From IMG/VR virus record IMGVR_UViG_3300032233_001072, positions 30,949-94,948 of that record: DNA of 64,000 nucleotides. The stretch is one strand, 5' to 3'. The notes under the pieces were generated by a model that had not been told where the DNA came from, did not search any database, and worked only from the letters and a program-made list of their open reading frames with translations. Positions 38,529-48,724 of this stretch are shown piece by piece (the stretch's first letter is position 1; every line of letters begins with the position of its first letter). Position numbers and translations under genes: made by a program. The DNA is from an uncultured virus (IMG/VR IMGVR_UViG_3300032233_001072) (lineage: Duplodnaviria; Heunggongvirae; Uroviricota; Caudoviricetes).

Positions 38529-40271
38529 CTATTGGTTTAAAATAATATACGAAAAGCCACTAGCGGCTGCATATGTGTCTGTATCTGCTGTTAATCCGCT
38601 TCTTGTATCATAGGACAAAGCAGTTGGAGTAGTTTCCGTAACGATGATTATACCCCCTCCACCACCTGCTCCGCCTCTTTTGCCAGTACCTCCCGTACCA
38701 GATGATGGAGCAGCAGCACCTCCAGCGCCGTTTGTCCCGGGAGTTCCTGCTGCACCTGCCGCACCATTTGTTCCGTTTGTTCCTGCTGTACCCGCTGCAC
38801 CCGCCGCACCCCCTGCTGGTGCAGCGGAATGCTTTGCTGGGTAGTGTATGTGAACGGGGTTATTTTCTACGCCGATGTAAACGTGGGGTTGATATTTTCT
38901 ATAACCGCCATGACCATGAACATTGCCATCCCAATATCGCAAAACATTAGTAGCGGCAAAACTGTGCCCGTTTTGATGGGTACTGTCTTGCATATGGGGG
39001 TGTGCAGCGTGGTAAGTACCATTAGTAAAACGATGAGCATTGTGCCCATGCCCATGACCCGGGTGTGGATGACCTGCGTGATACGTGCTTGAGTTGTTTG
39101 TCGGCCCAGCAGTGTGGGAATGAAGCCTGTAAGTGTTATGGAGATGTGGTGTATTGTGGTGGGAGTTTAAGGCAGGGTGGTGAGCAGCAACACCCGGTGA
39201 ACCTGCTGAGCCAGCAGAACCTGCTGCACCATTTGTAGCGCCAGTTCCTGCCGTACCCGGTGAGCCTGCTGTAGCGCCAGTTCCCGGTGCACCTGCTGTA
39301 CCCGGTGCCCCCGTAGTACCAACAGAACCAGCAGAACCTGACCTTCCAAGACTAATTACTTTTCCAGTTCCCGTGATGTTCTTGGCAACAATTAAAACTA
39401 AGCCACCTCCAGAACCTGCTGTTCCACCTGCTCCTCCAACTCCGGGTGTTGCTCCAGTGGCTGTTCCGGGACTTCCTGTTGAACCCACACCGTTTGTTCC
39501 GGGAGTTCCATGTGTACCTGCTGCACCGTTTGTTCCGGGAGTTCCGGGTGTTCCTGCCGTACCTGCCGGGGCGTGCAGAAGAGCATGAGAATGGTTATCG
39601 TATTGTCCTTTAGTGTAATACCGAGTTTCTTGGTGTGCATAAGGTGCAGCCGCACCGCCCGCACCGCCCGCACCGGCACCCGAACCTGCTGTACCTGCAC
39701 CACCTGCTGTAGCACCTGTACCGTTGGCTCCTGTTGAACCTGCCTTACCAAGCCAAGTATCAGCATTTGTTAACGCAGGATAAGTTGTTCCTTGACTTCC
39801 CGTTGTGCCTTTACCGCCACCTTTAATAGCAACAACTCCAGACGGGGTTACAACCGTAGCCGCAATTAAAGAATTTATATGATTGCGATAAGACTTAGGA
39901 AGTTGTGTTGCACCCGGTGAACCAACACCACCGCCACCTGTTCCACCTACGGAATAGACAATTGACGACGACGCTGTTTCAACGCCAGAAACAGTACCAG
40001 TAGCAATATCGGAACTTGGTTCCCCAACAACGCTTCCCGTAAATGTGCCCAGTCCTATAGCGCCATTTATGGTAAGGGTATTTTTAACAAACACCCGAAA
40101 TCCATTTGTGAGCAGAAATGCACCACTATTTATTGTCAGGTTATTGTAATACATGTCAGAAGTGAGGGTGGTTGGATTGCCTGTAATAATTACATCGCCG
40201 TCAGTTCCCGGACCGTAAACCTCGTCATTGCCAAGACTTGAAACACTTGATTCGTATCTAGATATAGCCAT
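38529..40271 (-). CDS. Collagen-like Gly-rich virion protein with His-rich inserts
   Basis: G-X-Y runs (GTPGTNGAAG) flanking two His-rich segments. Confidence 0.8.
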   Translation of the reverse strand: MAISRYESSVSSLGNDEVYGPGTDGDVIITGNPTTLTSDMYYNNLTINSGAFLLTNGFRVFVKNTLTINGAIGLGTFTGSVVGEPSSDIATGTVSGVETASSSIVYSVGGTGGGGVGSPGATQLPKSYRNHINSLIAATVVTPSGVVAIKGGGKGTTGSQGTTYPALTNADTWLGKAGSTGANGTGATAGGAGTAGSGAGAGGAGGAAAPYAHQETRYYTKGQYDNHSHALLHAPAGTAGTPGTPGTNGAAGTHGTPGTNGVGSTGSPGTATGATPGVGGAGGTAGSGGGLVLIVAKNITGTGKVISLGRSGSAGSVGTTGAPGTAGAPGTGATAGSPGTAGTGATNGAAGSAGSAGSPGVAAHHPALNSHHNTPHLHNTYRLHSHTAGPTNNSSTYHAGHPHPGHGHGHNAHRFTNGTYHAAHPHMQDSTHQNGHSFAATNVLRYWDGNVHGHGGYRKYQPHVYIGVENNPVHIHYPAKHSAAPAGGAAGAAGTAGTNGTNGAAGAAGTPGTNGAGGAAAPSSGTGGTGKRGGAGGGGGIIIVTETTPTALSYDTRSGLTADTDTYAAASGFSYIILNQ

Positions 40272-40273
40272 GT

Positions 40274-41065
40274 TTACACCTGTTGAATATAAATACTAGT
40301 TCCTGCGTTTGCGCCTGTTACATCAGTAGAGATGGATGCAGGAAGTGCAGAAGCAGACGATACAACGATAATGACACCGCCTCCACCGGGGGATGTTGCA
40401 GGGGCTTTGATATAACCAGTTCCAGAAGATGGGCCAGAGATATAACGAGCGGCAACAATTACTACTCCTCCACCAGCCTGAGTAGTTCCTCCAGCACCCC
40501 CACGCAGGGGCGTAGGACCGCCAGAAGCGGTTATTGAATAACCAGTAACTGCTTGCTGTGCAACTCTAAAATACTTAGTCCCACCCTGAGAGGCGGTTGG
40601 GGCAGTTGCCGTGTACGTGGCTGCTGCGTTTCCACCAAGACTGCACGTAACAGATGTGCCTACGCTTCCCGTAGTAGAACCGCCTTGGGCAATAGACCCA
40701 GCAGTAGAAAACCCAGCAGTGTACCCAATAACTGAGTTGTTGTTTAACTTTAAAATACCTTTTACAAAAACACGGTAACCGTTAGGTTCTAAGCGCACGC
40801 CTGCGTTAATTGTTAGATCATTGAAATAAACATCTTGCGTTATGGTGTAAACGCTTGATGATGGATTAACAGTTGTGGAGTCACCCAATGTAAGAGTGGT
40901 GGTTCCATCTAGTGTCTTGTTACCGTCGTAACCGTTTCCATAAACAATGTCTGGGCTTTCGTTGTAGTAGGAAACCCAATATGAGCCGTCCCACTGCCAA
41001 CTTTTAGAGCCGACAGTGTAAACCTGATACTGGTAAGGAGAAGCAGGAAAGGTAATCGCTGGCAT
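40274..41065 (-). CDS. Virion appendage protein (N-domain paralogous to 38529-40271)
   Basis: Shared YG.G.DG...D.Y.N.LTIN.G..L..NG.RVFVK..L. Confidence 0.75.
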   Translation of the reverse strand: MPAITFPASPYQYQVYTVGSKSWQWDGSYWVSYYNESPDIVYGNGYDGNKTLDGTTTLTLGDSTTVNPSSSVYTITQDVYFNDLTINAGVRLEPNGYRVFVKGILKLNNNSVIGYTAGFSTAGSIAQGGSTTGSVGTSVTCSLGGNAAATYTATAPTASQGGTKYFRVAQQAVTGYSITASGGPTPLRGGAGGTTQAGGGVVIVAARYISGPSSGTGYIKAPATSPGGGGVIIVVSSASALPASISTDVTGANAGTSIYIQQV

Positions 41066-41067
41066 GA

Positions 41068-42480
41068 CTAGTTATTCCTATAGCCATACACACGGACTGT
41101 TCCCGTGATTGTCCCCGAAACAGGAATCAAACTAATGCCGTCAAAACTTGTAGATGCTTTCATAACATTGGATTGGTTGCGTATATAAGCCTCACCGACA
41201 AAAGAACCATTTTGTACAAGCATGCCCGTTTTCGCAGTTTCAAATGGGCTATACACAGTAATATCAAAAAACGATAGATCTGACAGTACCATTTGTCCAA
41301 GGTCGCCTATGCTTTGGATAGTTGACCTTGCTGCGCTAACCGTAGTTGAATCTGCCACAAGTGCTTGGTTACTGTAGTTTAAAGTTTGGTTATCTGAGCC
41401 TGACGTTCTAAAACGGTATTGCAAAAGTACTTGGCTAGAATTTGTTATTGATATCTCAATTTTATAGTTTTGGTACAACGCAGAAAAGCACCCGTTAATG
41501 CTCGCTGCTGACGCTGCTGAAAAAGTTACCGTACTGGAAGTTAGGGTTACGTTTGTGCCCGCAACAGAAGTAGGTGTAATCAGTTCTAAACCTGTTGGGT
41601 TTTGTGCAGGGCTGTTAGGAACAACCCATGCTGTACCGTTCCACACAAGTAAACGGTTCGTATCAGTCTCATAAGTTGTTTGACCAGTCCACGGCGCAGA
41701 AGGACGGGTAGAAGATGTTGCTTGGTATGGCGACATCGTGCCACCACCTAGTTCAACCCATGCTGAGTTGTAATAGATGTAAGAAGCACCAGTAGTTGTA
41801 TCAAACCAGACTTGACCAGCAGACGGGGATACTGGGGCGGTTGCAGAACTGGTAATTGCTATAGGACCTGTTGCGCCTGTAGGACCAGTGGCTCCCGTGG
41901 CACCAGTAGGACCAGTCGGGCCTACGGGTCCCTGTGTTTGTGGTCCAATCTCAATCCACTGAGAATCGTAGTAAACAAAAGTTTTACCTGTGTCGGATTC
42001 AAACCAAATCTGACCAGCAGCAGGAGAACTTGGAGCGGTGTCTGAGATTGTTGCCCCACCTGCGGCAGAAGCGTTTACCCACGCCGTGCCGTTGTATTGC
42101 AATACCTGATTAGTGGCAACGCTGGTTATTGTTACGTCTGAAAGATCATCAATAGATCCAACAGTGCTGGCTGTGCCCGGGGCAAACTTGGCTCCGTCAA
42201 ATTTAAGTACTTGGTTGCTAGTAGCACCAGTTGTGTCTACTTCAATGCCATCAATGAAGAGAGTAGGTACTTTTAGGGTGTCGTCTGTTTTGAGTACGTT
42301 CGCTGCGTCACGGTAGAGGTTTACGTCACCAATAGCAGTTCCGTCACCCCATACAAGGCGACCTCCACCTTGAACTTGAAGTCTTGCATAGGCATCTTGG
42401 TCTACAAAAATAGTCAACCCGTCAGAGCCAGCAGTTGTTAACTGCCTGATTGTAATTGGGGTTATAAATTTCTGTGCCAC
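41068..42480 (-). CDS. Tail fibre protein with repeated modules and short collagen run
   Basis: Two SP.AGQ.WF...TG...YY.S.W.E.G repeats; GPTGATG. Confidence 0.8.
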   Translation of the reverse strand: MAQKFITPITIRQLTTAGSDGLTIFVDQDAYARLQVQGGGRLVWGDGTAIGDVNLYRDAANVLKTDDTLKVPTLFIDGIEVDTTGATSNQVLKFDGAKFAPGTASTVGSIDDLSDVTITSVATNQVLQYNGTAWVNASAAGGATISDTAPSSPAAGQIWFESDTGKTFVYYDSQWIEIGPQTQGPVGPTGPTGATGATGPTGATGPIAITSSATAPVSPSAGQVWFDTTTGASYIYYNSAWVELGGGTMSPYQATSSTRPSAPWTGQTTYETDTNRLLVWNGTAWVVPNSPAQNPTGLELITPTSVAGTNVTLTSSTVTFSAASAASINGCFSALYQNYKIEISITNSSQVLLQYRFRTSGSDNQTLNYSNQALVADSTTVSAARSTIQSIGDLGQMVLSDLSFFDITVYSPFETAKTGMLVQNGSFVGEAYIRNQSNVMKASTSFDGISLIPVSGTITGTVRVYGYRNN

Positions 42481-42528
42481 GACCTCAATCGCTTCCTATG
42501 TTGTGACCCCTCAAGGTCTATTTAATTA

Positions 42529-43857
42529 TTAGCCTACTACAACGATTGTGTAATCGTTAGCGGAAATAGTACCGTAGAGAACAACGGAGAGAGCATCTGC
42601 GTTAGAACGGGTTACATCCCCAATAACGGTTGCACCAGTTGATACTTCGTAAATCTGTACGTTTACATCAGTAGTATTAAAGTTGTGAGTAACTACGGTA
42701 GTAGAAACACCTGTGCTAGAAGCAGCACATCCCTGTTTAGCAACACGGGCAAGTGTAGAAGCGCTTGTAGTGACTGCACCAGCAGTTGTTTTAATACCAA
42801 GGTTTGTACGAGCAGTCGCTGCATCCGAGGCACCAGTACCACCGTCTGCGACAGCAACGTCTGTGCCGTTCCATGTACCACTCGTGATTGTGCCAAGTGT
42901 TGTGATTGAGGACTGACCAACATAGTTGGCTGAAATGTCAATAGCATCAGACGTAATTGCTGTTCTGTTAGCGGTTACGTTGACATTGACTTGCGTGCCG
43001 GTCTTTGAGAGTCCGTCACCAGCCTCAAACGAGCCAGCACCAGAGAACTGCGTCCAAGTAATTCCTGTTGAGCCAACAGTTATTGTTCCGTCTGTGGAAA
43101 CAACAAAACCCGAATCAAAGTTAACGGTTCCTTCTTCAACAAAAGCAAAAGTTCCTGACTTGAGTTCACCAGTATCGGCTGTTCCGTTAGCGTCGGACGA
43201 ACGAGATGCCGCACCTGAAGCGACGGCAACGTAGATACCGGTTTCTGATGTAGTAGTTTGGTTTTTGAGAAGTACACGGTCACCAGCGACAAGTGTTACC
43301 CCGTCAATTATGTCTCCGGCTTCAAGTCCAGTTGAAATGGCTACGTTTGCAGTTGATGCCACTCTTACTGATTGTTTTACATCAAGACCTTGGCGGGCCG
43401 AGTCAACATAGCCCTTGGTGGCAATATGTGCTGCAAGTGTTGGGGTAGCAATTTTAGCGTTACCGCTTGCATCACGTATTACTAATTTACTAGCAGTTGC
43501 CTCAGAAGTAGCGTCAGCAAGTTTGGTAAAATCTGCTGCGGTTAAAAGACCAGCAATTGATGATGTTGCAAGATTTGGCGTAATTGTTGTTTGACCATTT
43601 GACTCAGTAATTGTAAGACCAGCCGCATAGGTACCACCAGAGATTACGCCATTAGCAGCACCACCAGTTTGAGCAGTTGACGCAAGAAGCGTTCTCCACG
43701 CAGTGCCAGACCAAACCTTGATGGTGTCTTCAGTGCTGTTATAGATAAGGCGGCCTTCAAAGTTGCCACTTGATGGGTCGGTAGCCAAAACCTCAAACTT
43801 AGCGCTAACCAGTTGGTTCTGGTTGAGGTCAATGTTAGTTAGAAATTTCTGAGCCAT
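42529..43857 (-). CDS. Tail fibre protein
   Basis: ATKGYVD...GLDVKQSVRVAST, GDRVLLKNQ...GIY, WTQFSG. Confidence 0.8.
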   Translation of the reverse strand: MAQKFLTNIDLNQNQLVSAKFEVLATDPSSGNFEGRLIYNSTEDTIKVWSGTAWRTLLASTAQTGGAANGVISGGTYAAGLTITESNGQTTITPNLATSSIAGLLTAADFTKLADATSEATASKLVIRDASGNAKIATPTLAAHIATKGYVDSARQGLDVKQSVRVASTANVAISTGLEAGDIIDGVTLVAGDRVLLKNQTTTSETGIYVAVASGAASRSSDANGTADTGELKSGTFAFVEEGTVNFDSGFVVSTDGTITVGSTGITWTQFSGAGSFEAGDGLSKTGTQVNVNVTANRTAITSDAIDISANYVGQSSITTLGTITSGTWNGTDVAVADGGTGASDAATARTNLGIKTTAGAVTTSASTLARVAKQGCAASSTGVSTTVVTHNFNTTDVNVQIYEVSTGATVIGDVTRSNADALSVVLYGTISANDYTIVVVG

Positions 43858-43866
43858 TAAGGTTCC

Positions 43867-44292
43867 TTACGTGAGATAGGCAAATCCGGAGAACGCTGAT
43901 GTAAAGTTTACTACAACTTGTGTAGTGCTTATGTAGTTAATTTCCCCAACAACCACTGTTTTAGCGCTATCTACAATGGTTACCGAAGGGTAGCCCCCTA
44001 AAGCATGGTTAATCGTCCATGCCGTTGAAACAGTCCCTTGGGTATGGATATGGCGAGCAGAAGTAGGGTAAACAAGATTTAATACTTGGTTTGGGGCAAC
44101 GCCAGTAATAGTGGCGCTTGCATTGGTGGCGGTTGTAACTGTTCCAATAGTAAGAACATTTGGAGGTCCGGCAACACCGGGATCGCTTACTTCCAGCACC
44201 TGTTCTGCTGGTGCAACTACAGTAGATAGGTTTTTCTGTTGAGTAACAGTTATATACCTATTAGGTGCCCTTGTAACTTCTATAGTGCTCAT
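43867..44292 (-). CDS. Virion structural protein
   Basis: W.INH.LG.YPSVTIVDS...F...FSG.AYL. Confidence 0.7.
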   Translation of the reverse strand: MSTIEVTRAPNRYITVTQQKNLSTVVAPAEQVLEVSDPGVAGPPNVLTIGTVTTATNASATITGVAPNQVLNLVYPTSARHIHTQGTVSTAWTINHALGGYPSVTIVDSAKTVVVGEINYISTTQVVVNFTSAFSGFAYLT

Positions 44293-45008
44293 ACAGGCGG
44301 TGCTGAAATTGCTGCCTCAACTACAAGAGTTCCTGATGATATGGAATCCCAATCACCTGCTGAGTCTTGTACAAAGAGGTCAAATGAGTAAGAACCTGCG
44401 GCAATGGTGTTTGCGTTAGAAACGTGTAATTCTAAGGTGGCACCAGTTGCTGGAGCCAGATAACCACGCTTGTTGGCGGGGGTTAGGGCAATTACAGTGT
44501 TTTCAGATGGTTTGGTGGAATACCAGCGCAAGTCTAGAACGGTAGTGCCAGTAGATGTCTTAGCCTGCATAAAGGCACTCTGGACAGAGATAACAACCCC
44601 ATCTGCGTCTTTCCAAGTAAAGGTACGGCGGTAATCCGTGTATTGCTTGAATCGGATTTCCATAGCCTTTGAGTCCTCCAGTGGGGTTACAGTATCTAGT
44701 GCGGTCACACTAATTGTACCTTCAACAACGGGGCGCTGAATCCCTTTTACAGTTGCAAGCACATCGTACTGAAGGTCTCCCAAAGGGAGGTCTTGGGTTT
44801 CTTCCGCAGTTAAACTAAGCATAATCCCGTTTTCACGGGTAATTGCCGTAGTGATTTCCATTTTTGCCAGATCACCTGTTTTAATGAAGGAACGGCTGTC
44901 CGTAGGCTTTAACATACTGTGCGTACGTCGGTCTTTCAGGATAAGAAGACGCTCAAAAGGAAGACCACGAGTTATGTTGTAATTGACTGTTCTAACGGTG
45001 GGAGGCAT
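44289..45008 (-). CDS. Virion structural protein (duplicated beta-sandwich)
   Basis: Two halves each ending YD/FD...GT..V; TACACT 7 nt upstream of ATG. Confidence 0.65.
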   Translation of the reverse strand: MPPTVRTVNYNITRGLPFERLLILKDRRTHSMLKPTDSRSFIKTGDLAKMEITTAITRENGIMLSLTAEETQDLPLGDLQYDVLATVKGIQRPVVEGTISVTALDTVTPLEDSKAMEIRFKQYTDYRRTFTWKDADGVVISVQSAFMQAKTSTGTTVLDLRWYSTKPSENTVIALTPANKRGYLAPATGATLELHVSNANTIAAGSYSFDLFVQDSAGDWDSISSGTLVVEAAISAPPV

Positions 45009-45030
45009 ACTATCTAGTGTACTTCAGTGT

Positions 45031-45198
45031 TCAGTCATCTTTTTTTACAAGCACTCCACCAATGTGGACAATTAGGGCAGAAACACTGATGGCAAGAGCA
45101 TAAGACTGTACCTGACCAGATAAAGTAATTAAAACTAGACCTGTACCAGCCAAAGTCCATGCCAAACCATGTAATTCTTTGATTAGTTTCTTAAACAT
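45031..45198 (-). CDS. Small 2-TM membrane protein (55 aa)
   Basis: Hand translation MFKKLIKELHGLAWTLAGTGLVLITLSG...; coupled to upstream gene. Confidence 0.7.
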   Translation of the reverse strand: MFKKLIKELHGLAWTLAGTGLVLITLSGQVQSYALAISVSALIVHIGGVLVKKDD

Positions 45199-46565
45199 TA
45201 ATTCCTCATACCAAAACGGCGCTTACGGGACTCAGATGAACCGCTGGTATCACTTCCTCCCCCACCTCCGCCAGACGGGCTTGGAGCCGGTGCTGAAGGG
45301 CTGGAAGGGGGCAAAGAAACAGTTGGTGCTACAAATAATACACCCGTTGCGGCTATCAGCGTTTTACGGGTTTTTACGTTGACTTTAGAGTCAACAGGAA
45401 CGTATGTACCAAAATTCTCACCGAATATGTTAATCTCCGATTCAAAGGCGTTACGGACCGATTCAGGGGCGTCCTGTACCGCTGTGATGAGTTGTTCGGC
45501 TTGCACTGTAGACAATTCACCCGTATCAATGGCATCAAAGATTTCAGTTGCTTGACTCGTAGTTAGAACTGCAAGTACCTCGGAATTAGTAGCAAGAGCC
45601 ACAGCCTCTTTATCATTCACTCCGCTAGAGATAATGTCCTCAACAGCAGATTGAATTTCATCTTGACTCTTGTCCATTAGCGTAGTTATCAGGGCTGCTA
45701 CGGCAGGATCTACTTGTTCAGGAGTTGGTGCAAGTGTTGTAGTTGGAATTGCTATAGTAGTGGGGGTTTCAACAACAATGGAGGTAGTAGATGCGACACT
45801 TGTGGAAGGCTCTGGGAGCGTTGTTCTTGGTATTGTGCTGGTGGTTGTGGCGGCAGCAGTCGTCGTTGTGGCAACGGTTGTCAAAGGAACATAGGTTTGA
45901 GTAGTAGTTGTAGGGGGAACAGTTGACGACGTTGTTGTGGTCGTTGGCAATTCCGTTGTTGTTGTTTGCAACATGGTGGTTGGGACCACGAGAATAGTTG
46001 TTGTGGTTGGTTCCTGAGTTGTAGTCGTAGGCGGCACTGTTGTTGTAGTGGTCGTAGTTGTAGAAGTAGTTGTAGAAGTAGTCGTGGTTGTACTAGTTGT
46101 AGTTGTGGTCGGCTCTTCAGTTGTTGTCGTAACTTCTGGCTGAGTAGTGCTTGTAGTTGTTGTGGGCACGTTTGTTGGGGCAGAGTCTGATTCCACCATG
46201 TAGAACCGGTTGTACCATCTATTAGGGTCGCCACAGCAAACACTTGTGCGTAGACGGTAAACACCTGATTCTTGAACATTATATGAAATGTATGAATCCA
46301 GACCAAACCAGTCGTCATTTACGGCTACGACGGTGTTGGCGCTGTTGTACAACCACAACTGACTGTCAATACCGTATTGCCATGCATAGGTTCTTAGGGT
46401 AAAAGTTGTGCCTGACTCTAATTCAAAGTAGTAGTCGTTGGCACCTTCGGTCCGAAACGACTCTGCGTTGGCTGAGGACACGGGGTAAATGGCTATAATG
46501 CTAAGTAATACGGGAAGTAATGATATGGGGCGACTAATTGTCCTACGAAAATTAAATCGTAACAA
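45198..46565 (-). CDS. Secreted/membrane protein with PPC-like domain and Thr/Pro-rich stalk
   Basis: Signal peptide ending ANA; DSQLWLY...NDDW.GLDS; about 150-aa poly-Thr region. Confidence 0.8.
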   Translation of the reverse strand: MLRFNFRRTISRPISLLPVLLSIIAIYPVSSANAESFRTEGANDYYFELESGTTFTLRTYAWQYGIDSQLWLYNSANTVVAVNDDWFGLDSYISYNVQESGVYRLRTSVCCGDPNRWYNRFYMVESDSAPTNVPTTTTSTTQPEVTTTTEEPTTTTTSTTTTTSTTTSTTTTTTTTVPPTTTTQEPTTTTILVVPTTMLQTTTTELPTTTTTSSTVPPTTTTQTYVPLTTVATTTTAAATTTSTIPRTTLPEPSTSVASTTSIVVETPTTIAIPTTTLAPTPEQVDPAVAALITTLMDKSQDEIQSAVEDIISSGVNDKEAVALATNSEVLAVLTTSQATEIFDAIDTGELSTVQAEQLITAVQDAPESVRNAFESEINIFGENFGTYVPVDSKVNVKTRKTLIAATGVLFVAPTVSLPPSSPSAPAPSPSGGGGGGSDTSGSSESRKRRFGMRN

Positions 46566-46686
46566 TCATTCTCCTCTAACTAATGGCATGTACTAATTTT
46601 ACCATTAGACACGAAGAGGGACCGCTCGCAAGCAGCCCCCCTCGGTGGGTTAGACCTCGTTAATAATTATACACAATTAGGTATAA

Positions 46687-47046
46687 TTAGTCTTCCCACC
46701 GTTTTTTCATTGGTTTACCTACCATTGCGCCAGCAATTTGCCCTAGGTCACGCACATCACGAATTTTCCAGTGAAGGTTACCAAGTGCTCTAGAGGTGGC
46801 GTGTGAGCCTGCGCCAGCCTTGGTAGCCCCTGCTTCATCATCTCTAAAGACCATGCTTTGTTCAACATGGCTTACATTTATAGAAGCACGTCCAAAATGG
46901 TGAACATTGATGTAAGGAGATTTACCTTTACGTTCATATGTAAAGCCTCTTGAATCGTCGGATTCATCTTCTAAATAAGTTTGAAGAGCAGATTCTTGCG
47001 CTGGGGTTATTTTAAATTGCCTACTAATGTGATCGGATGCACTCAT
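46687..47046 (-). CDS. Hypothetical protein (tag MSASDHISRQF)
   Basis: ORF track; TGATG coupling. Confidence 0.7.
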   Translation of the reverse strand: MSASDHISRQFKITPAQESALQTYLEDESDDSRGFTYERKGKSPYINVHHFGRASINVSHVEQSMVFRDDEAGATKAGAGSHATSRALGNLHWKIRDVRDLGQIAGAMVGKPMKKRWED

Positions 47047-47186
47047 CAATAAACTCCCTCACAGCAGGCATCTCTTTGCCCGCACTGGTTACAACGATAA
47101 TGGGCATGTTCCTGCCTCATGTCCCCACCACACCAGACACACTGTTCTGAGGTGTCTAACGAGTTACTTGGAGTTTCACTGACCAT
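47046..47186 (-). CDS. Small Zn-finger protein (46 aa)
   Basis: Hand translation ...CVWCGG..RQEHAHYRCNQCGQRDACCEG. Confidence 0.7.
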   Translation of the reverse strand: MVSETPSNSLDTSEQCVWCGGDMRQEHAHYRCNQCGQRDACCEGVY

Positions 47187-47314
47187 GATCCTACTCCTGT
47201 GGGTCGGATTTCTAACAAAACCGGCGTTTTGTACCCTTGTGAAGTCGCCATTCGTTTAGCCATTTCAATGGCATCACTCATTGCTGGTGTTTGTATTGGG
47301 TATGTGACAATCAT
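47156..47314 (-). CDS. Small hypothetical protein (52 aa)
   Basis: Hand translation MIVTYPIQTPAMSDAIEMAKRMA...SWSVKLQVTR. Confidence 0.55.
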   Translation of the reverse strand: MIVTYPIQTPAMSDAIEMAKRMATSQGYKTPVLLEIRPTGVGSWSVKLQVTR

Positions 47315-47354
47315 TGTGTGTATAGTGTATATCAAATGTAACGAGAGGTCTGAG

Positions 47355-48143
47355 GTGACAAATCTACAAGATTTAACAATCCCATATAACCCCGATAATG
47401 CTATTGACTGGAACGAAGATGGGGTGGTGGTTCTAAAAAACTTTATCCCTGAGGAGTTAATGGTCGCTTATGAAGAGTGTTGGCTCCGTCAAAACGGACC
47501 AGAAGGAGTAAACCCAAGGTTAGGCGGGTGGGATTACTGTACCCCTTACCGCCAGCATAAAGAAATACGTGACATCCTTTGCTATGGACCATTACAAGAG
47601 GAAATGCAGAAGTTAATTGGCGAACCAGCAGGTGTACATCTTAATTTAACGGGTTGGAAGTCAACCACCCGTAACTGGCACCAAGACTCCTATTTGAACC
47701 CTCCACACGTCGGGGACTATTATGTTGCTGCTTGGATTGCCTTAGACACTATCCACCCTGACTCGGGACCTTTTCAGTACGTCAAGGGTTCCCACAAGTG
47801 GCCTTTAGTCACACGGGAAAAGATACTTGCGGCTCTTGACCCTTCAGAACGTGACCACAGGTGGCCTACTCATTCAGAACGTCTACTTACCCCATTGTTT
47901 ACCGAAGAGATTGAATCTAGGAACGCAGAAATAACTTCACACTTACCAAAGCGTGGAGATGTGCTTTTATGGCATGGGCGTTTATTACACCGTGGTTCTC
48001 TCCCCAATGTCCCTGATATGGAGCGTAAATCTTTAATTGCCCATTATTCGGGTATTAATCACCGACAAGATATGCCCGAAGCATATACGCACGGTGACGG
48101 TTATTGTTTTCCAGTAGACGATGAAAGTAGTTCACTCAAATGA
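47355..48143 (+). CDS. Phytanoyl-CoA dioxygenase (PhyH)-family 2OG oxygenase
   Basis: WHQD, AWIALD..HPDSGPF.YV.GSH, GDVLLWHG.L.HRG; start reassigned to GTG 47355 after GAGAGG. Confidence 0.88.
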   Translation: MTNLQDLTIPYNPDNAIDWNEDGVVVLKNFIPEELMVAYEECWLRQNGPEGVNPRLGGWDYCTPYRQHKEIRDILCYGPLQEEMQKLIGEPAGVHLNLTGWKSTTRNWHQDSYLNPPHVGDYYVAAWIALDTIHPDSGPFQYVKGSHKWPLVTREKILAALDPSERDHRWPTHSERLLTPLFTEEIESRNAEITSHLPKRGDVLLWHGRLLHRGSLPNVPDMERKSLIAHYSGINHRQDMPEAYTHGDGYCFPVDDESSSLK

Positions 48144-48724
48144 AATTATTAAATGTAGGTTGTGGCACACATTATGCACAGGGTTGGGTAAATTCAGATA
48201 CGTGGGAAACTGAAGATACTAAGCCAGATGTGAAAGTAACTCCCGGTGAACCGTATCCATTTGAAGACAATACGTTTGATGCCGTATACATGGGGCACGT
48301 ATTGGAGCACATTCCATGGTTAGAAGTATCTACATTTCTTAAAGATATGCAACGTATTGCTAAACCCGGTGCACCAATGCTTGTTGTTGGTCCAGACGTT
48401 CATAAAACTATTAAACGCTGGAAAGAAGGCTCAGAACCATGGTGGTTGGTAGAGTCAGTTATGGAACATTTAGATGTTCCTGATACGCATGTTCCCGGAC
48501 TGGAATGGTGGGATGGTGCCCATCATCATTGGAATTGCCACGAGACAAGGGTTGAGAAATTGTTGAATTCCTTGGAGTTCAGTAATGTTGTCAATGTATT
48601 TGACGTAATCCCAAATGACCCAAGTGGCACGTCATGGTACGAAGAGAGCACGGGCATTACTTGGCCTGTAGTAGGAAAATACTATTGGCAGTTGGCCTAT
48701 AGATTCTGTAATATAGATGAATGA
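48140..48724 (+). CDS. Class I SAM-dependent methyltransferase (type 11)
   Basis: LNVGCG, PFEDNTFD, HVLEH, RIAKPG. Confidence 0.88.
   Translation: MKLLNVGCGTHYAQGWVNSDTWETEDTKPDVKVTPGEPYPFEDNTFDAVYMGHVLEHIPWLEVSTFLKDMQRIAKPGAPMLVVGPDVHKTIKRWKEGSEPWWLVESVMEHLDVPDTHVPGLEWWDGAHHHWNCHETRVEKLLNSLEFSNVVNVFDVIPNDPSGTSWYEESTGITWPVVGKYYWQLAYRFCNIDE

Noticed and set aside
45780-46170. GTT/GTA-rich tandem repeats as a DNA repeat element
   Set aside because: Explained by poly-Thr codons of the mucin-like ORF
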